64,000 nt of DNA from a virus (IMGVR_UViG_3300007513_000007:64001-128000); one strand, 5' to 3'. Shown: positions 34,926 through 44,441, counted from the first letter of the stretch. Numbers and translations: made by a program. Notes: generated from the letters alone by a model not told the origin.

Positions 34926-37666
34926 AAACCCTCGTGTCGAGCAACGATCTGGAACTCGATAAAAGACACCCGCACCTCTTCGTTTAGAAGATCAATACCG
35001 CCATCAGTCTCGATTCGGAGAGTGTCGGTCCCCCTCCCCGCACAGGAATCAATGACACGAGCAAGCCTTTCAGCGGTCGTGAGTGTCAGCTTATGGGAGG
35101 GCACACGGTAGACGTGGACCTCCCCGCCCCCGTTCTCGGAAATATCTTGGGGGAGTGTCTTCCCTTTTCCGTTCACCACTTCGGGTTTTGGATCACTTTG
35201 CACAGCCGTTGGTTGGGGGGCAGGTGCCTCGCCATCAACCGGAGTGCCTCCTTTTTCCAGGTAGGTGGCGTACTTGGTAGGGAAAACCGACACCAACCGA
35301 GGTGTCCAGTTGCCTCCTCCCTGGTTGTTCTCCATTTCAGTGAGGTTGTTAGGAACAGTCCAGTTGCCGCCAAACTCAATGTCTACCTTGAGTGGGATCA
35401 GCCACGGGAGGTTGCAAGAGGTCTTGTTGACCATGACGTCTTCGATGAGGATCACCGCCTCTTCCGCGACAGCCTCCTCGATCTCAAAGACCAACTCATC
35501 ATGGATGGTGACGGTCATGAGGACCTTCTTCAGCCACCCCCGCTTCTTGATTTCCCGGTAAAGGAGCGCCATCGCCAACTTCATGATGTCGGCACTGGTC
35601 CCCTGCACGGGGCCGTTCACACTGTTCCGCTCTGCTTTGGCACGGAAGCCGCCCATCTCATGGTCGATGTCAGGGAGGGGGTACTTCCTTCCAAATGCAG
35701 TGGTGACGTACTTCTGCTTCTTGGCGGTCTTGTGCTGGAGCCTCCACCACTGCCGAAGGCCGGTGTAGGTCTTGTCGAACTGCCTCTTGATTCGGTGGCC
35801 CTCTTCCTTGTCCACTCCGACTGCACGCTGGGCCGCCATCCCACCGCCGCCGTAGCACATGGCGAAGTTGAGGGCCTTTGCGTTCTGCCGCTTCTGCTTG
35901 AAACCGCTCCCAGAGCGGCTGTCATCACCGTAGATGGAGAGGGCCGTCAGTGTGTGGAGGTCACCAATCTTATCGGAACCGCAGTCAGGACAGAAGGGAG
36001 GCGGCCTCTGGCCTTTCTCAAACTTTCGGTCGCAGGAGGAGCAGCGGAAGAACTCCGTGATCCATTTCGGCTCGCCAGAGATGTTCGTGACAATCCGAAG
36101 CTCCACACCCGAGTAGTCGATGGCGAAAAGGATGCGGCCCGGTCGAGCAGTCAAGCATTCTCGCATCCGAAGCAGGCATGAAGGCTTGGACTTGTCATAG
36201 GTGGCTGGGATGCTGTGAAGGTTCCACCGCACCTGCCCGTTGAAACTCTTCTTGTTTGGGGCGGGGGTGCTGAATCGCCCCGTATCCACTTTGTGGGCGT
36301 TGAATCCAACCCAGATGCACCCGTCTGGAGCGCGTTGGGTGCTGGTGTCGAGCCACACAGGGAACAGGTTGGAGGACAATCCCTTGGCTACTTCCCGGAA
36401 CCTCTTGACCTTGGCCATGAAAGGAAACTGGTCACCTGCGTTGTCAATCACCCTTTCAAGCTCGTCCTTGGAGGTCTTCACCTGCCCGCTCTTTTCCGTA
36501 GGGCGCAAGCCTTGAACCTTCAACTCCCGCATCATCAAGCCGAGGTTGGCCGGGATTGTCACGTCATAGATTGCTGGGAAAGTGACTGATTCCTGGAGTT
36601 TAGGATTGGTGAGCGAAGGTACTGACTTGGAGATGGGAGGAGGGGTTTCAAAAGGTACTTGGGTAGCCCGCTCTCGCACCTCCATGTAGTTGGGTCGGAT
36701 AGTGGTGGGGTCGAAAGCGGTTTCCGAACCGTCCCCTTCCAACATGACCCGAAACCAGCCTGGGCGAATATCGCGCCCGAGAAGCTCCGACCCATCCCGA
36801 TACACTTCCTTCAAGCACTCCATCCATTCGGCTTGACCGATTCGGATAAGCTCCTCGATCTTGTCTCGGTCAACATGGATACGGCACCGCTCCATCCACC
36901 GGGTAGCGGTCACACACCCCTTCTCCAAGGCATAGATGGTGGACTGGCTGCGCTGGTGGTCGTCTTTGTTCACCACCGTTGGGTGCAGAATATGGAAGAG
37001 CCGCAGAGTGCAGATGGCATCGGCAGCGGCGTACCACACCGTCGGTTCCCATTCGGGGTCCAATGTAGAGAAGTCCAGGAACCCCTTGCGGCGCTTTTCA
37101 ACAGGGAAAAGCTCCTTCAACTCGATCATCTCCATGCCGAGTTCGTTTTTGGAGAGGGCCTTCAGCCCTTTGTTCCTCTCTCTGGTGTTCCGAAGGTAAG
37201 CGAGGATGAACGTGTCCTCCCACTTCTTCGGGTTGTCCCATTCCCCGATAGGTCCGTAGTCATCGTGCTGAAGGAACTCTTGGTCAAACTTGCCGTTGTG
37301 GAAGACCGCTACCGCATCTGATTCGACCAACCTCTTCACGGCCTCTGCAACCAACCGGGGAGGGACGTTGGCTTCAGTCTCCTTGTGTCTGACGGGGATG
37401 TAGTAGCCCGTGTCAGGGTTGGGAGAGATGCAGTACCCCACGATCTTATCGTTCGTGTAGGGGGAGCCGTCGTCACTGTAAAAGACCCGTGCATCCAGGC
37501 CAGTGGTTTCCAGGTCCAGGCCGTACACTCCTGCTTCGATGCACTCCTCTACGATCCGATCAAGGTCGGCAGTCGTGGCAAGAGACATAGTGACAGAATC
37601 CATCCACGGCTTCTTCTCCACCACGGGTTTTTCCATCTCTTGAAGCTGATCAAAGAAGTCCGACAC
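34922..37666 (-). CDS. polA: Family A DNA polymerase with 3'-5' exonuclease domain
   Basis: DLETTG, FHNGKFD, YAAADA; motif A IDYSGVELR; motif B RQNAKALNFAMCYG; motif C TIHDELVFE; GGAGG+GTG start. Confidence 0.96.
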   Translation of the reverse strand: MSDFFDQLQEMEKPVVEKKPWMDSVTMSLATTADLDRIVEECIEAGVYGLDLETTGLDARVFYSDDGSPYTNDKIVGYCISPNPDTGYYIPVRHKETEANVPPRLVAEAVKRLVESDAVAVFHNGKFDQEFLQHDDYGPIGEWDNPKKWEDTFILAYLRNTRERNKGLKALSKNELGMEMIELKELFPVEKRRKGFLDFSTLDPEWEPTVWYAAADAICTLRLFHILHPTVVNKDDHQRSQSTIYALEKGCVTATRWMERCRIHVDRDKIEELIRIGQAEWMECLKEVYRDGSELLGRDIRPGWFRVMLEGDGSETAFDPTTIRPNYMEVRERATQVPFETPPPISKSVPSLTNPKLQESVTFPAIYDVTIPANLGLMMRELKVQGLRPTEKSGQVKTSKDELERVIDNAGDQFPFMAKVKRFREVAKGLSSNLFPVWLDTSTQRAPDGCIWVGFNAHKVDTGRFSTPAPNKKSFNGQVRWNLHSIPATYDKSKPSCLLRMRECLTARPGRILFAIDYSGVELRIVTNISGEPKWITEFFRCSSCDRKFEKGQRPPPFCPDCGSDKIGDLHTLTALSIYGDDSRSGSGFKQKRQNAKALNFAMCYGGGGMAAQRAVGVDKEEGHRIKRQFDKTYTGLRQWWRLQHKTAKKQKYVTTAFGRKYPLPDIDHEMGGFRAKAERNSVNGPVQGTSADIMKLAMALLYREIKKRGWLKKVLMTVTIHDELVFEIEEAVAEEAVILIEDVMVNKTSCNLPWLIPLKVDIEFGGNWTVPNNLTEMENNQGGGNWTPRLVSVFPTKYATYLEKGGTPVDGEAPAPQPTAVQSDPKPEVVNGKGKTLPQDISENGGGEVHVYRVPSHKLTLTTAERLARVIDSCAGRGTDTLRIETDGGIDLLNEEVRVSFIEFQIVARHEGL

Positions 37667-37694
37667 TTTCCCTCCGCAGGATAGCAATACCCAT

Positions 37695-38288
37695 TCACTT
37701 GGCCTGTCCGACCCCCAGCACCTCTTTTGCAGACCGCAAAATCTTCAGGAACAAGACATCAGCTTGCCGGTCGTCTATTGACTCCTTCTGGTGCAGGTAA
37801 GCAACCTTGTCGAAGGCTTCCCAGAGAGCCGCTGATTTCTCCATTGTCAGCGACTTTTCTCGGGTCAACTCCAGGACAAACCGCTCCACTCTTCGCCGGG
37901 TCTCCTCAACATCAGGGCCGCTGTGGAGGGCACCCTCCACTTTCTTGGACAAGGATTCCCATGAATCCCCTGCTTCCCACGGGAGTGCAGGCAGGCCGTA
38001 CCGTGCTTCAAGCATCTTCAAGGCGTCACCGAATCCGACACCCTCTTTCTCTCGAACCAGGGTGATGGCGTCCCGTGTTTGCCCGCAGGCAAAGCAATAG
38101 AAGCTCGCTGAATCAGGGTAGACCCGTGCGGAAGGCTTGGTGTCGTGACCATCCCCGTGAAGATCACAAGAGAACTGCTGCTCCCTGTCCCCACCTTCGG
38201 GGAAAACCGCGTACCCGTAGTCAGCCAGCACTTGGACTATGGGGATTTCTTCTCTGATTCGGTCGGCTCTGCGCCTGCCCCTACTCAT
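37695..38288 (-). CDS. Stand-alone CHC2 (primase-type) zinc-finger protein, no TOPRIM
   Basis: FSCDLHGDGHDTKPSARVY...FYCFACG...DAITLVREKEGVGFGDALKML. Confidence 0.85.
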   Translation of the reverse strand: MSRGRRRADRIREEIPIVQVLADYGYAVFPEGGDREQQFSCDLHGDGHDTKPSARVYPDSASFYCFACGQTRDAITLVREKEGVGFGDALKMLEARYGLPALPWEAGDSWESLSKKVEGALHSGPDVEETRRRVERFVLELTREKSLTMEKSAALWEAFDKVAYLHQKESIDDRQADVLFLKILRSAKEVLGVGQAK

Positions 38289-38943
38289 CCTCCCCACCCA
38301 CCTGCTTGAAGTACCGGGAAGCCCCTCCCGTGTCGGGGGGCCTGTAAACATGCGCTCCACCATCGTCGTCAGAACGATAGCTGTACCCGCTTCTTTTCGG
38401 TTGGTGTGTGACTCCCCACGAAGGACACTCCCCTGATTGGGCGTCCAGGGCTTTTACCGGACAACCCGGCTCGCAGATCCAGTTGGCTACGGATTCGTTT
38501 CCCTCAATATCCCCGTAAGCGGCTCCTGCAACCTCAGTGCTACCGCGCCAACCCGCCGAATATATGTCTTTCCCCTTCCCTTCCAGACCGCATTCTTTCT
38601 TGCCGCCTGTAGCTCCCCGCTTGTCTCCTTTGACCTTGCGCGTGCCCTCACACCGACACCCTGGAAGGTGCTGGAGGATGAGGTTTCCAGGCCACCTTCC
38701 CGTAGGCTGCTCGTAGTCAGCGAAGCCTCGGCGCATCGCCTGGGAGTCGCCCTTACGTTGAGAGGTCCACAAGTCGTAGCCCCCACCGCGAGGCGCGGGG
38801 TTCTTGGCGTAGGCCCCGCCGTCGAGGCTGTCCTGGGTGGAGATCCTGGAGGCGTCGATGTTCAGGCCCCCACACCCATGCTTCAGGGTGTTGGAGGCGA
38901 CGGTCCCGGACAGGGGTTTACGCAGAACGTGGACAACCTTCAC
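38281..38943 (-). CDS. Free-standing methyltransferase insertion module (paralog of N-terminus of 1568-3007)
   Basis: MKVVHVLRKPLSGTVA..HGCGGLNID..GRWPGNLILQHLPGC..CEPGCPV..LDAQSG..GGASRYFKQ. Confidence 0.8.
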   Translation of the reverse strand: MKVVHVLRKPLSGTVASNTLKHGCGGLNIDASRISTQDSLDGGAYAKNPAPRGGGYDLWTSQRKGDSQAMRRGFADYEQPTGRWPGNLILQHLPGCRCEGTRKVKGDKRGATGGKKECGLEGKGKDIYSAGWRGSTEVAGAAYGDIEGNESVANWICEPGCPVKALDAQSGECPSWGVTHQPKRSGYSYRSDDDGGAHVYRPPDTGGASRYFKQVGGEDE

Positions 38944-38944
38944 C

Positions 38945-40537
38945 TCAACCCCCAGTGATCTGTTCTACAAGGGCTTGCTCATCAACCTTCCCGTCAATGG
39001 CGTCCCCAGCTTTCCGCGCTGCTTCAGGAGTCACGTCATGAGTGGTCACAAGCCTCCTGCAATCCCACACGATCCCAGAATAGAAGTCAGCGAAAGGTTC
39101 GTCGTCCCGTGACTTCAGGCATTGGAGCTTCAACAGCCCCTTCCCAGCGAGTTCTGTGTCAATCCAGCCTGCGGTTACGATGTCAGAGGACCGTTCCGCT
39201 TCGTTGGCATAGGACAGGTGGGTGAGGTTGTAGGCACCGCCATTCTTTTCTGCGTTCTTGTAGCCTTCACGGTTGATCTGGAACAGGGACACCACAGCAA
39301 TCCCAGCGCCCCGGTTGAAGGACATAGCCAAACGCTTCAGATCACGAATCACCTCATTGAGATTCTCTGTGGTCGAGCGGTGCCTGTGCCTGGGGGACAT
39401 CAGGCCCGCGTGATCCGCAATAATCATCGAGACTTGAGGATCTTTTGAGTGGATGAGTTCAGACTTCGACTTCAAATCAGTAACAGTGAAGTCTGACTTG
39501 TCGGGGTCAGCCACCTCAATATGGATGGAGCCGTAGTTGTTGGCGCGGTCATTGAAGTCTGGAACAACATGCTCCATCAGGAACTTTCGCTCTGGACGGT
39601 TGGGGTCCTTGCAGCCGTCAACCAGACCTTCCCGCTCTTCCTCGGACATCTTCTCCAGCACGTCGGGAGCGAGGGTGTCCAACTCCCCATCCCGGATCCG
39701 TTGGTAGGAGACGCACCTTCCAATCCCCAACTCCTTTCGTACCTCATGGAACTTGTCATGGGCCGAGTGAAGTGCGTACAGGATGCGGCGAACTTGTTGG
39801 TAGGGCATCTCCAGGGAGAAGAAAATGGAAGAGTGTCGGTAGTGGACGGCTTGGTTGTAGACCCAGTTGAGAGCGAGGGTGCTCTTGAGTCCCCCAGTGA
39901 AAGCAGCGTGAGTCCAGAGTTCTCCTCGTTTGGCCCCTTTCAAGGCTACATCCATCTGCTCCAAGCCTGTGAACTGCCCGATACCAGCGAGAGGGTCTGA
40001 TTCAACCCTCTCGTACTCCTTGACGAAGGAATCCCCGTCGGCAGTGACCTCGCCCGAAAGGCGCACCCCGGTCGCAGGCATCACAACCTCATGGCCTCGG
40101 TCCAGGATGTACCGGATGGCACTGGCAGGACCACGGAGCAGCCGTTCCTCACGGCCTTCTTTGATAGTGATTCCCGTGTCTACAATCCGTGCTGCTTCGC
40201 GCAGAACCTCTGAAACGATTCGTACCCTGCGATCCTCTGCCCGAGCCTCCAGAATGCGGAGGAAGTCGCCTTGTGTGCGTGAGGGGACGACCGACAAGGC
40301 ATCGAGCCGGTCCACCACCTCGACTTCGCGCACACTGGTGAAGTGGTTTCGTAGGGTAGTCGCGTCAGGAACGTGGTGGTACTGGTCCCGAAAATCCAGG
40401 ACGTAGCTCCAGAGGGCGTTGTCTTCAGGGTTGTCGAACCCAAGCCCTGAATCACGGAGAGCCTGCATATTCCGCAGGAACAACTCCTTATCGTCGGTTG
40501 CCTCCGCGATGAACGTGGAGCGAAGCAGTGTCTTCAC
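38945..40537 (-). CDS. dnaB: DnaB-like replicative helicase
   Basis: RGELWTHAAFTGGLKST, FFSLEMP, IIADHAGLM, QINREG, ERSSDIV, LKSRD. Confidence 0.9.
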   Translation of the reverse strand: MKTLLRSTFIAEATDDKELFLRNMQALRDSGLGFDNPEDNALWSYVLDFRDQYHHVPDATTLRNHFTSVREVEVVDRLDALSVVPSRTQGDFLRILEARAEDRRVRIVSEVLREAARIVDTGITIKEGREERLLRGPASAIRYILDRGHEVVMPATGVRLSGEVTADGDSFVKEYERVESDPLAGIGQFTGLEQMDVALKGAKRGELWTHAAFTGGLKSTLALNWVYNQAVHYRHSSIFFSLEMPYQQVRRILYALHSAHDKFHEVRKELGIGRCVSYQRIRDGELDTLAPDVLEKMSEEEREGLVDGCKDPNRPERKFLMEHVVPDFNDRANNYGSIHIEVADPDKSDFTVTDLKSKSELIHSKDPQVSMIIADHAGLMSPRHRHRSTTENLNEVIRDLKRLAMSFNRGAGIAVVSLFQINREGYKNAEKNGGAYNLTHLSYANEAERSSDIVTAGWIDTELAGKGLLKLQCLKSRDDEPFADFYSGIVWDCRRLVTTHDVTPEAARKAGDAIDGKVDEQALVEQITGG

Positions 40538-41295
40538 TTCTTACCTCCACGATTAGTCTTGCGGTTACCTGCTCCCATCGGTGGAGGTGCTACATGACCC
40601 GTCGCTGATTGGGTTGTGGTGGTATTGGAAGTCTTATTGGAGGTCTTATTGGCGGCCCTCTTTCCCGAGGCCAACACTTCTTGGTCCCACCCCTCCAAAG
40701 TACCGGCCACCGCATCCGACCAAAAAAGGTGGCCTGCTTTCAGATGGTGGTTCGGCTCATCCCAGATCCAGGTGGGCTTTCCAGCGTGGTGTCGAAGGTT
40801 GATGGCTTCAGCCAAAACCTCGGGGGAAGCCTCGTTGCGGGCCACCTTGACGCCCATTCGTATGATGAGCAGACCGGGAGGCATCACAAGGTCCGGGATG
40901 GAGAGGTAGGAGGTGGACACCATGTAGGCGTCAGGATCAATGATGTCCATTCCCTTGAGAGCTACGGAACCCAACCATGCGGTCACAATCTCTGCGTCGG
41001 ACGTGACCTTGAACCCCCAAGTGGGGGGCATCCGAACCGCAACGTGTCGCATATGACGTTTGAAGGTCCGACTGTCGGCCCTCACCCTCAAGTTCTTCTT
41101 TTCGTACCCCAACAAGGGTGATTCGGGGATGATGGCCGCTTTCGACAGACCTTTCATCCCACGCTCCACGTTGGAGAGAATATCGCTGTGCAAGACGCAG
41201 ACGCACCTGCGGTAAGAGGGTGGGTGGGGAGGCTTGGATTCAGCCCGTACAGTCCCGGTGCCCTCGCAGTGGGGGCAGTCCTCTCTCGCACTCAT
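40534..41295 (-). CDS. DnaC/IstB-like helicase-loader homologue, Walker motifs degenerate
   Basis: CPHCEGTG...RRCVC; LLIIRMG...EVLAEAINLRHHAGKPTWI. Confidence 0.6.
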   Translation of the reverse strand: MSAREDCPHCEGTGTVRAESKPPHPPSYRRCVCVLHSDILSNVERGMKGLSKAAIIPESPLLGYEKKNLRVRADSRTFKRHMRHVAVRMPPTWGFKVTSDAEIVTAWLGSVALKGMDIIDPDAYMVSTSYLSIPDLVMPPGLLIIRMGVKVARNEASPEVLAEAINLRHHAGKPTWIWDEPNHHLKAGHLFWSDAVAGTLEGWDQEVLASGKRAANKTSNKTSNTTTTQSATGHVAPPPMGAGNRKTNRGGKK

Positions 41296-42875
41296 CCCTG
41301 TCTCCCGATAGCGTCCATAACCAATGCGTCGTAAAGGTCTTTCACGTCAGACCCTACCGAGTAGACCTTTCCAGTACCCTTTTCGCCCCTCAACCTTTCC
41401 CCAAGAACCGCCTCGATCAACCCCATCTTCTTGCGGAGGACCGCCTGCACCCGTTCATCCACTGTGTCGTTACAGATGAGGTGGAAGGCGTACACCCGGT
41501 CATGGTCGGAACCGATACGGATCATCCGGCCCAACACCTGGAGGTAGTCTCCAGCACTCCACGGAGTGTCGAAGAACACGAGAGCCTTGGCCGCCTGAAG
41601 GTTGATCGCATCGCCCCCAGCCATCGTGATGAAGATGACATTGGTATCCGAGTTGGGGTCTTGGAAGGCTTCCATCGCCGCCTTTCGCTCGTCCCCGTCT
41701 TCTTCCCCGGTCACCCGGACACACTTGGCACCGGCTTTTTCCAGAATGGGGATGGCGACGTCCACCATCTTCTTGAAGCGGGTGAAGACAATGACCTTCT
41801 CCCCTGCCAGTTCCCCTTCCTCCGACACCAGTGATTCCAGCGCGTCCATCTTCTCGGATGAGTAGCCCTCGAACCCGATGAGGTCAGGGTGGTTCACGAT
41901 CTCCTGGCAGTAGATGAGAGCCGTGAGTTGTGTTGTCTCCCGGTCCTCCCCATCCCCATGCTCCAACAACCCATCCAGAGCTTCTTTGTACTTCTCTCGT
42001 TGGAACTTGGACATGCCGACATAAACATCCCTGGTTGTCAGGACCGGAAGCTCATGGGCAACCTGATGCTTGGGCCTTCCAAGGTAGTAGGGGTCAATCG
42101 CATCTCGGAAGCGGTGAACGTCTTGGTCCCGGTAGCCCACAATCACAGGGATTTGCCGACCGCGTGCCACCGTCTGCATCCGCAAGATGCAGTAGTTCTG
42201 CATGAAGGCGTTCTTGGACATTCGGAACAGGTCTGGAACCACCACACGGTAGATCCCGTACCCCTCCATAAGAGAGTTCTTGATGAGGGTGGCCGTCAAA
42301 GCCCATACCCGTTCTGCCTGCCCACTCAGGTACTGGCAAATCTTATGGACCCGTGTGGAGGCGTTTTTGTAGACCGTGGCCTCGTCGGTGACGAGGACAT
42401 ACCCCTCCCAATGCTGGATGCGGGCAAAGTCGTTACACGCGCTGCTGTACCCCTGAATGAGCACAGAAGGCCCTGTGGAAGCCTCCCAGTCGCTTTGAAT
42501 CTTGACCCGCTTGGCGGGACTGCCCTGGGCCACAAAGACAGCGACATGCTGGGTAAAACGCTCGAACTCCGACTCCCATTGAGGAACGGAAGACTTCTTG
42601 GTGAGGATGAGAACCTTTTGGTCCGGGTTTTTCTCCCACAGATGGCACAAGGCAGCAATCGTCTCAACGGTCTTGCCAAGACCTGTATCGTCACCCACCA
42701 CGAAGCGTTTCATAGCCAGTAGGTGGACTACCATTTGGGTCTGGTAGGAGCGCAACTCGAAAGGCACTACGCTCCCATCACGCTTGGTGATGGTGGAGGC
42801 CATATGAGAAGGTGCGGGGAGTTTCAGATCATCCTTTTCACGGATCTTCTTCAACTTCGCGTGAACGCTTTGCAT
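41292..42875 (-). CDS. SNF2-family helicase/ATPase
   Basis: GDDTGLGKT, DEATVYKN, LTATLIKN, KVIVFTRF, GGDAINLQAA..VFFDTPWS...QVLGRMIRIG. Confidence 0.93.
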   Translation of the reverse strand: MQSVHAKLKKIREKDDLKLPAPSHMASTITKRDGSVVPFELRSYQTQMVVHLLAMKRFVVGDDTGLGKTVETIAALCHLWEKNPDQKVLILTKKSSVPQWESEFERFTQHVAVFVAQGSPAKRVKIQSDWEASTGPSVLIQGYSSACNDFARIQHWEGYVLVTDEATVYKNASTRVHKICQYLSGQAERVWALTATLIKNSLMEGYGIYRVVVPDLFRMSKNAFMQNYCILRMQTVARGRQIPVIVGYRDQDVHRFRDAIDPYYLGRPKHQVAHELPVLTTRDVYVGMSKFQREKYKEALDGLLEHGDGEDRETTQLTALIYCQEIVNHPDLIGFEGYSSEKMDALESLVSEEGELAGEKVIVFTRFKKMVDVAIPILEKAGAKCVRVTGEEDGDERKAAMEAFQDPNSDTNVIFITMAGGDAINLQAAKALVFFDTPWSAGDYLQVLGRMIRIGSDHDRVYAFHLICNDTVDERVQAVLRKKMGLIEAVLGERLRGEKGTGKVYSVGSDVKDLYDALVMDAIGRQG

Positions 42876-42929
42876 CGAGGGGCCTCCATCTACAAGGGAA
42901 TACCCTCAAATGCCCCTCTGGCACCCCCC

Positions 42930-43559
42930 CTATGCAGTCAACAAAGCCTTCATCGCCTGGGGCCTGTCCACGGGCAGGCGGTTGTAGTCCAAGCCCCGGA
43001 TGAAATCAGCCTCAAAAAGCTCCTCCGCGTCCTCCTTGCTGCACTCCTCACCGTAGAGACAGGAGCAGGCTTTCTGGACTGCGGGGACGGCCTGCGCCTC
43101 CAGGCGAGCAAACACCCGAAGCAGAGGCTTTTGGAACTCTCTTGCGGAAGCCTTGGCCAGTTCCTTGAACACCTTGCCCATCGCCTTGGGGTCTTCCGGC
43201 ATCAGGAATCCTCGGGTCCCTCCCTGCTGCCTGTCTCTGACCCGGACCTTTTTTCCAGCCATGTAAAACAACTCTGTCAGGAGACGTAGCTGCTTCCGTT
43301 CTTGGGGGGACAGTCCTGACGGCCACACTGATTCACGGGCAAACAGGTTGGCGATGACGTAGTTAGGGGCAACCCGGTACTCGTGTCCCAGTCGCATGAT
43401 GAGAGGCCACACCTGCGACCCGAAAGGCTTCATGGCAGCGTTTAGCTTCTTGGACACGTCCTTGACGATGTTGAATATCTCATCGCCCTCCGCATACATA
43501 CATGCTTGGTTCGGATCGTTGGTGTTTAGGGGTGGGGTGGCAACTCGATGCTGCATCAC
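42930..43559 (-). CDS. Hypothetical protein
   Basis: ATGA-coupled to upstream gene. Confidence 0.65.
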   Translation of the reverse strand: MMQHRVATPPLNTNDPNQACMYAEGDEIFNIVKDVSKKLNAAMKPFGSQVWPLIMRLGHEYRVAPNYVIANLFARESVWPSGLSPQERKQLRLLTELFYMAGKKVRVRDRQQGGTRGFLMPEDPKAMGKVFKELAKASAREFQKPLLRVFARLEAQAVPAVQKACSCLYGEECSKEDAEELFEADFIRGLDYNRLPVDRPQAMKALLTA

Positions 43560-44362
43560 GGCTCCTCAATCATAAGGATGACCTTTCCAGGCCCATCACA
43601 AGACAAGGTGTAGCCCGTCTTGGTTCGCATGGATCGGACTGCACCTGAAGTGAAGGCTTGAGATCCTCCAGGAAGGATGACATGGCCCACCTTCGCGGAT
43701 TTAGGGGAAGGTTTGGGTGCTTTCATCTTGGCGACTGCTTTGGCGATGTCTGCTGAAAGCATCCCGCCCAACCCCAGAGCACGCAAAGCGGAGAGGGTGC
43801 GCTCCCCAAGCTCCCCGTCCACAGGACCGCAGTTGATACCCAGACGGTGGAGGTGCGCTTGGATCAGGCGTTCCGTAGGTTGTCCCCCCTCCCACTTGCC
43901 CACAACTACTTGGGCCGCAGCACACGCTGAAGGCCATGCCCACTCGCCTCTTCCTTCCCCGTGTAGGGAATCTATGACATGGTTCCAAGGACCGAGGAAG
44001 TGGAAAACATGGTCATGCACACCAGGGACCGGGTATCGCTGCCAAGGCGTGAACCCCAACGGCACTGCCAACCCCCACAGGATTGCAAGCTCCAACTCCT
44101 TTCGAGTTCCTGCATCCCCGTCGAAGTCCGTCAGTGACACCTTCAACCCGACCTCTCGGCCAGCCATCCTCATCGAAAGGTGTGGGGGAAGCTCGGTAGG
44201 ACCAACCTCTCCTTGCCAGTTCGCTTCTTGGGCCGGGGTTCCTGAATAGTGGACCTTCACCCCGCCGTGCTCAACAGCCGCCTTCTCCAGCTTCTGCATC
44301 GCCTTCTCTACGTCAGGCGTCACCAGAGTTGAACGGAATGGAACCAGCTTGTCGTGCTTCAC
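43556..44362 (-). CDS. Peptidoglycan-binding-domain protein with degenerate M15-peptidase-like N-terminus
   Basis: IQAHLHRLG..GPVDGELGERTLSALR (PG_binding_1); AMQKLEKAAVEHG..SG..SMRMAG..LGF..HVFH. Confidence 0.65.
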   Translation of the reverse strand: MKHDKLVPFRSTLVTPDVEKAMQKLEKAAVEHGGVKVHYSGTPAQEANWQGEVGPTELPPHLSMRMAGREVGLKVSLTDFDGDAGTRKELELAILWGLAVPLGFTPWQRYPVPGVHDHVFHFLGPWNHVIDSLHGEGRGEWAWPSACAAAQVVVGKWEGGQPTERLIQAHLHRLGINCGPVDGELGERTLSALRALGLGGMLSADIAKAVAKMKAPKPSPKSAKVGHVILPGGSQAFTSGAVRSMRTKTGYTLSCDGPGKVILMIEEP

Positions 44363-44387
44363 GGGGGCCTCCAGCTATACGGTCGTC

Positions 44388-44403
44388 ATAGAGGCTTTAC
44401 CCA
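44388..44403 (-). promoter_or_regulatory. Class B (late-like) motif
   Basis: TGGGT-AAAGCCT-CTAT. Confidence 0.55.
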
Positions 44404-44409
44404 TATCAG

Positions 44410-44441
44410 GGGGGTTCCCACTCTCCCCCCTCCCCGTAAAG
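44410..44441 (+). promoter_or_regulatory. Class A promoter-like motif
   Basis: GGGGGTTCC-N16-CG-TAAAG. Confidence 0.7.

Noticed and set aside
35934-36060. Intein or intron in polA, dnaB or SNF2
   Set aside because: The PolA Cys insertion is short and lacks His-Asn/nucleophile splice junctions; gene lengths and motif spacing are otherwise normal.
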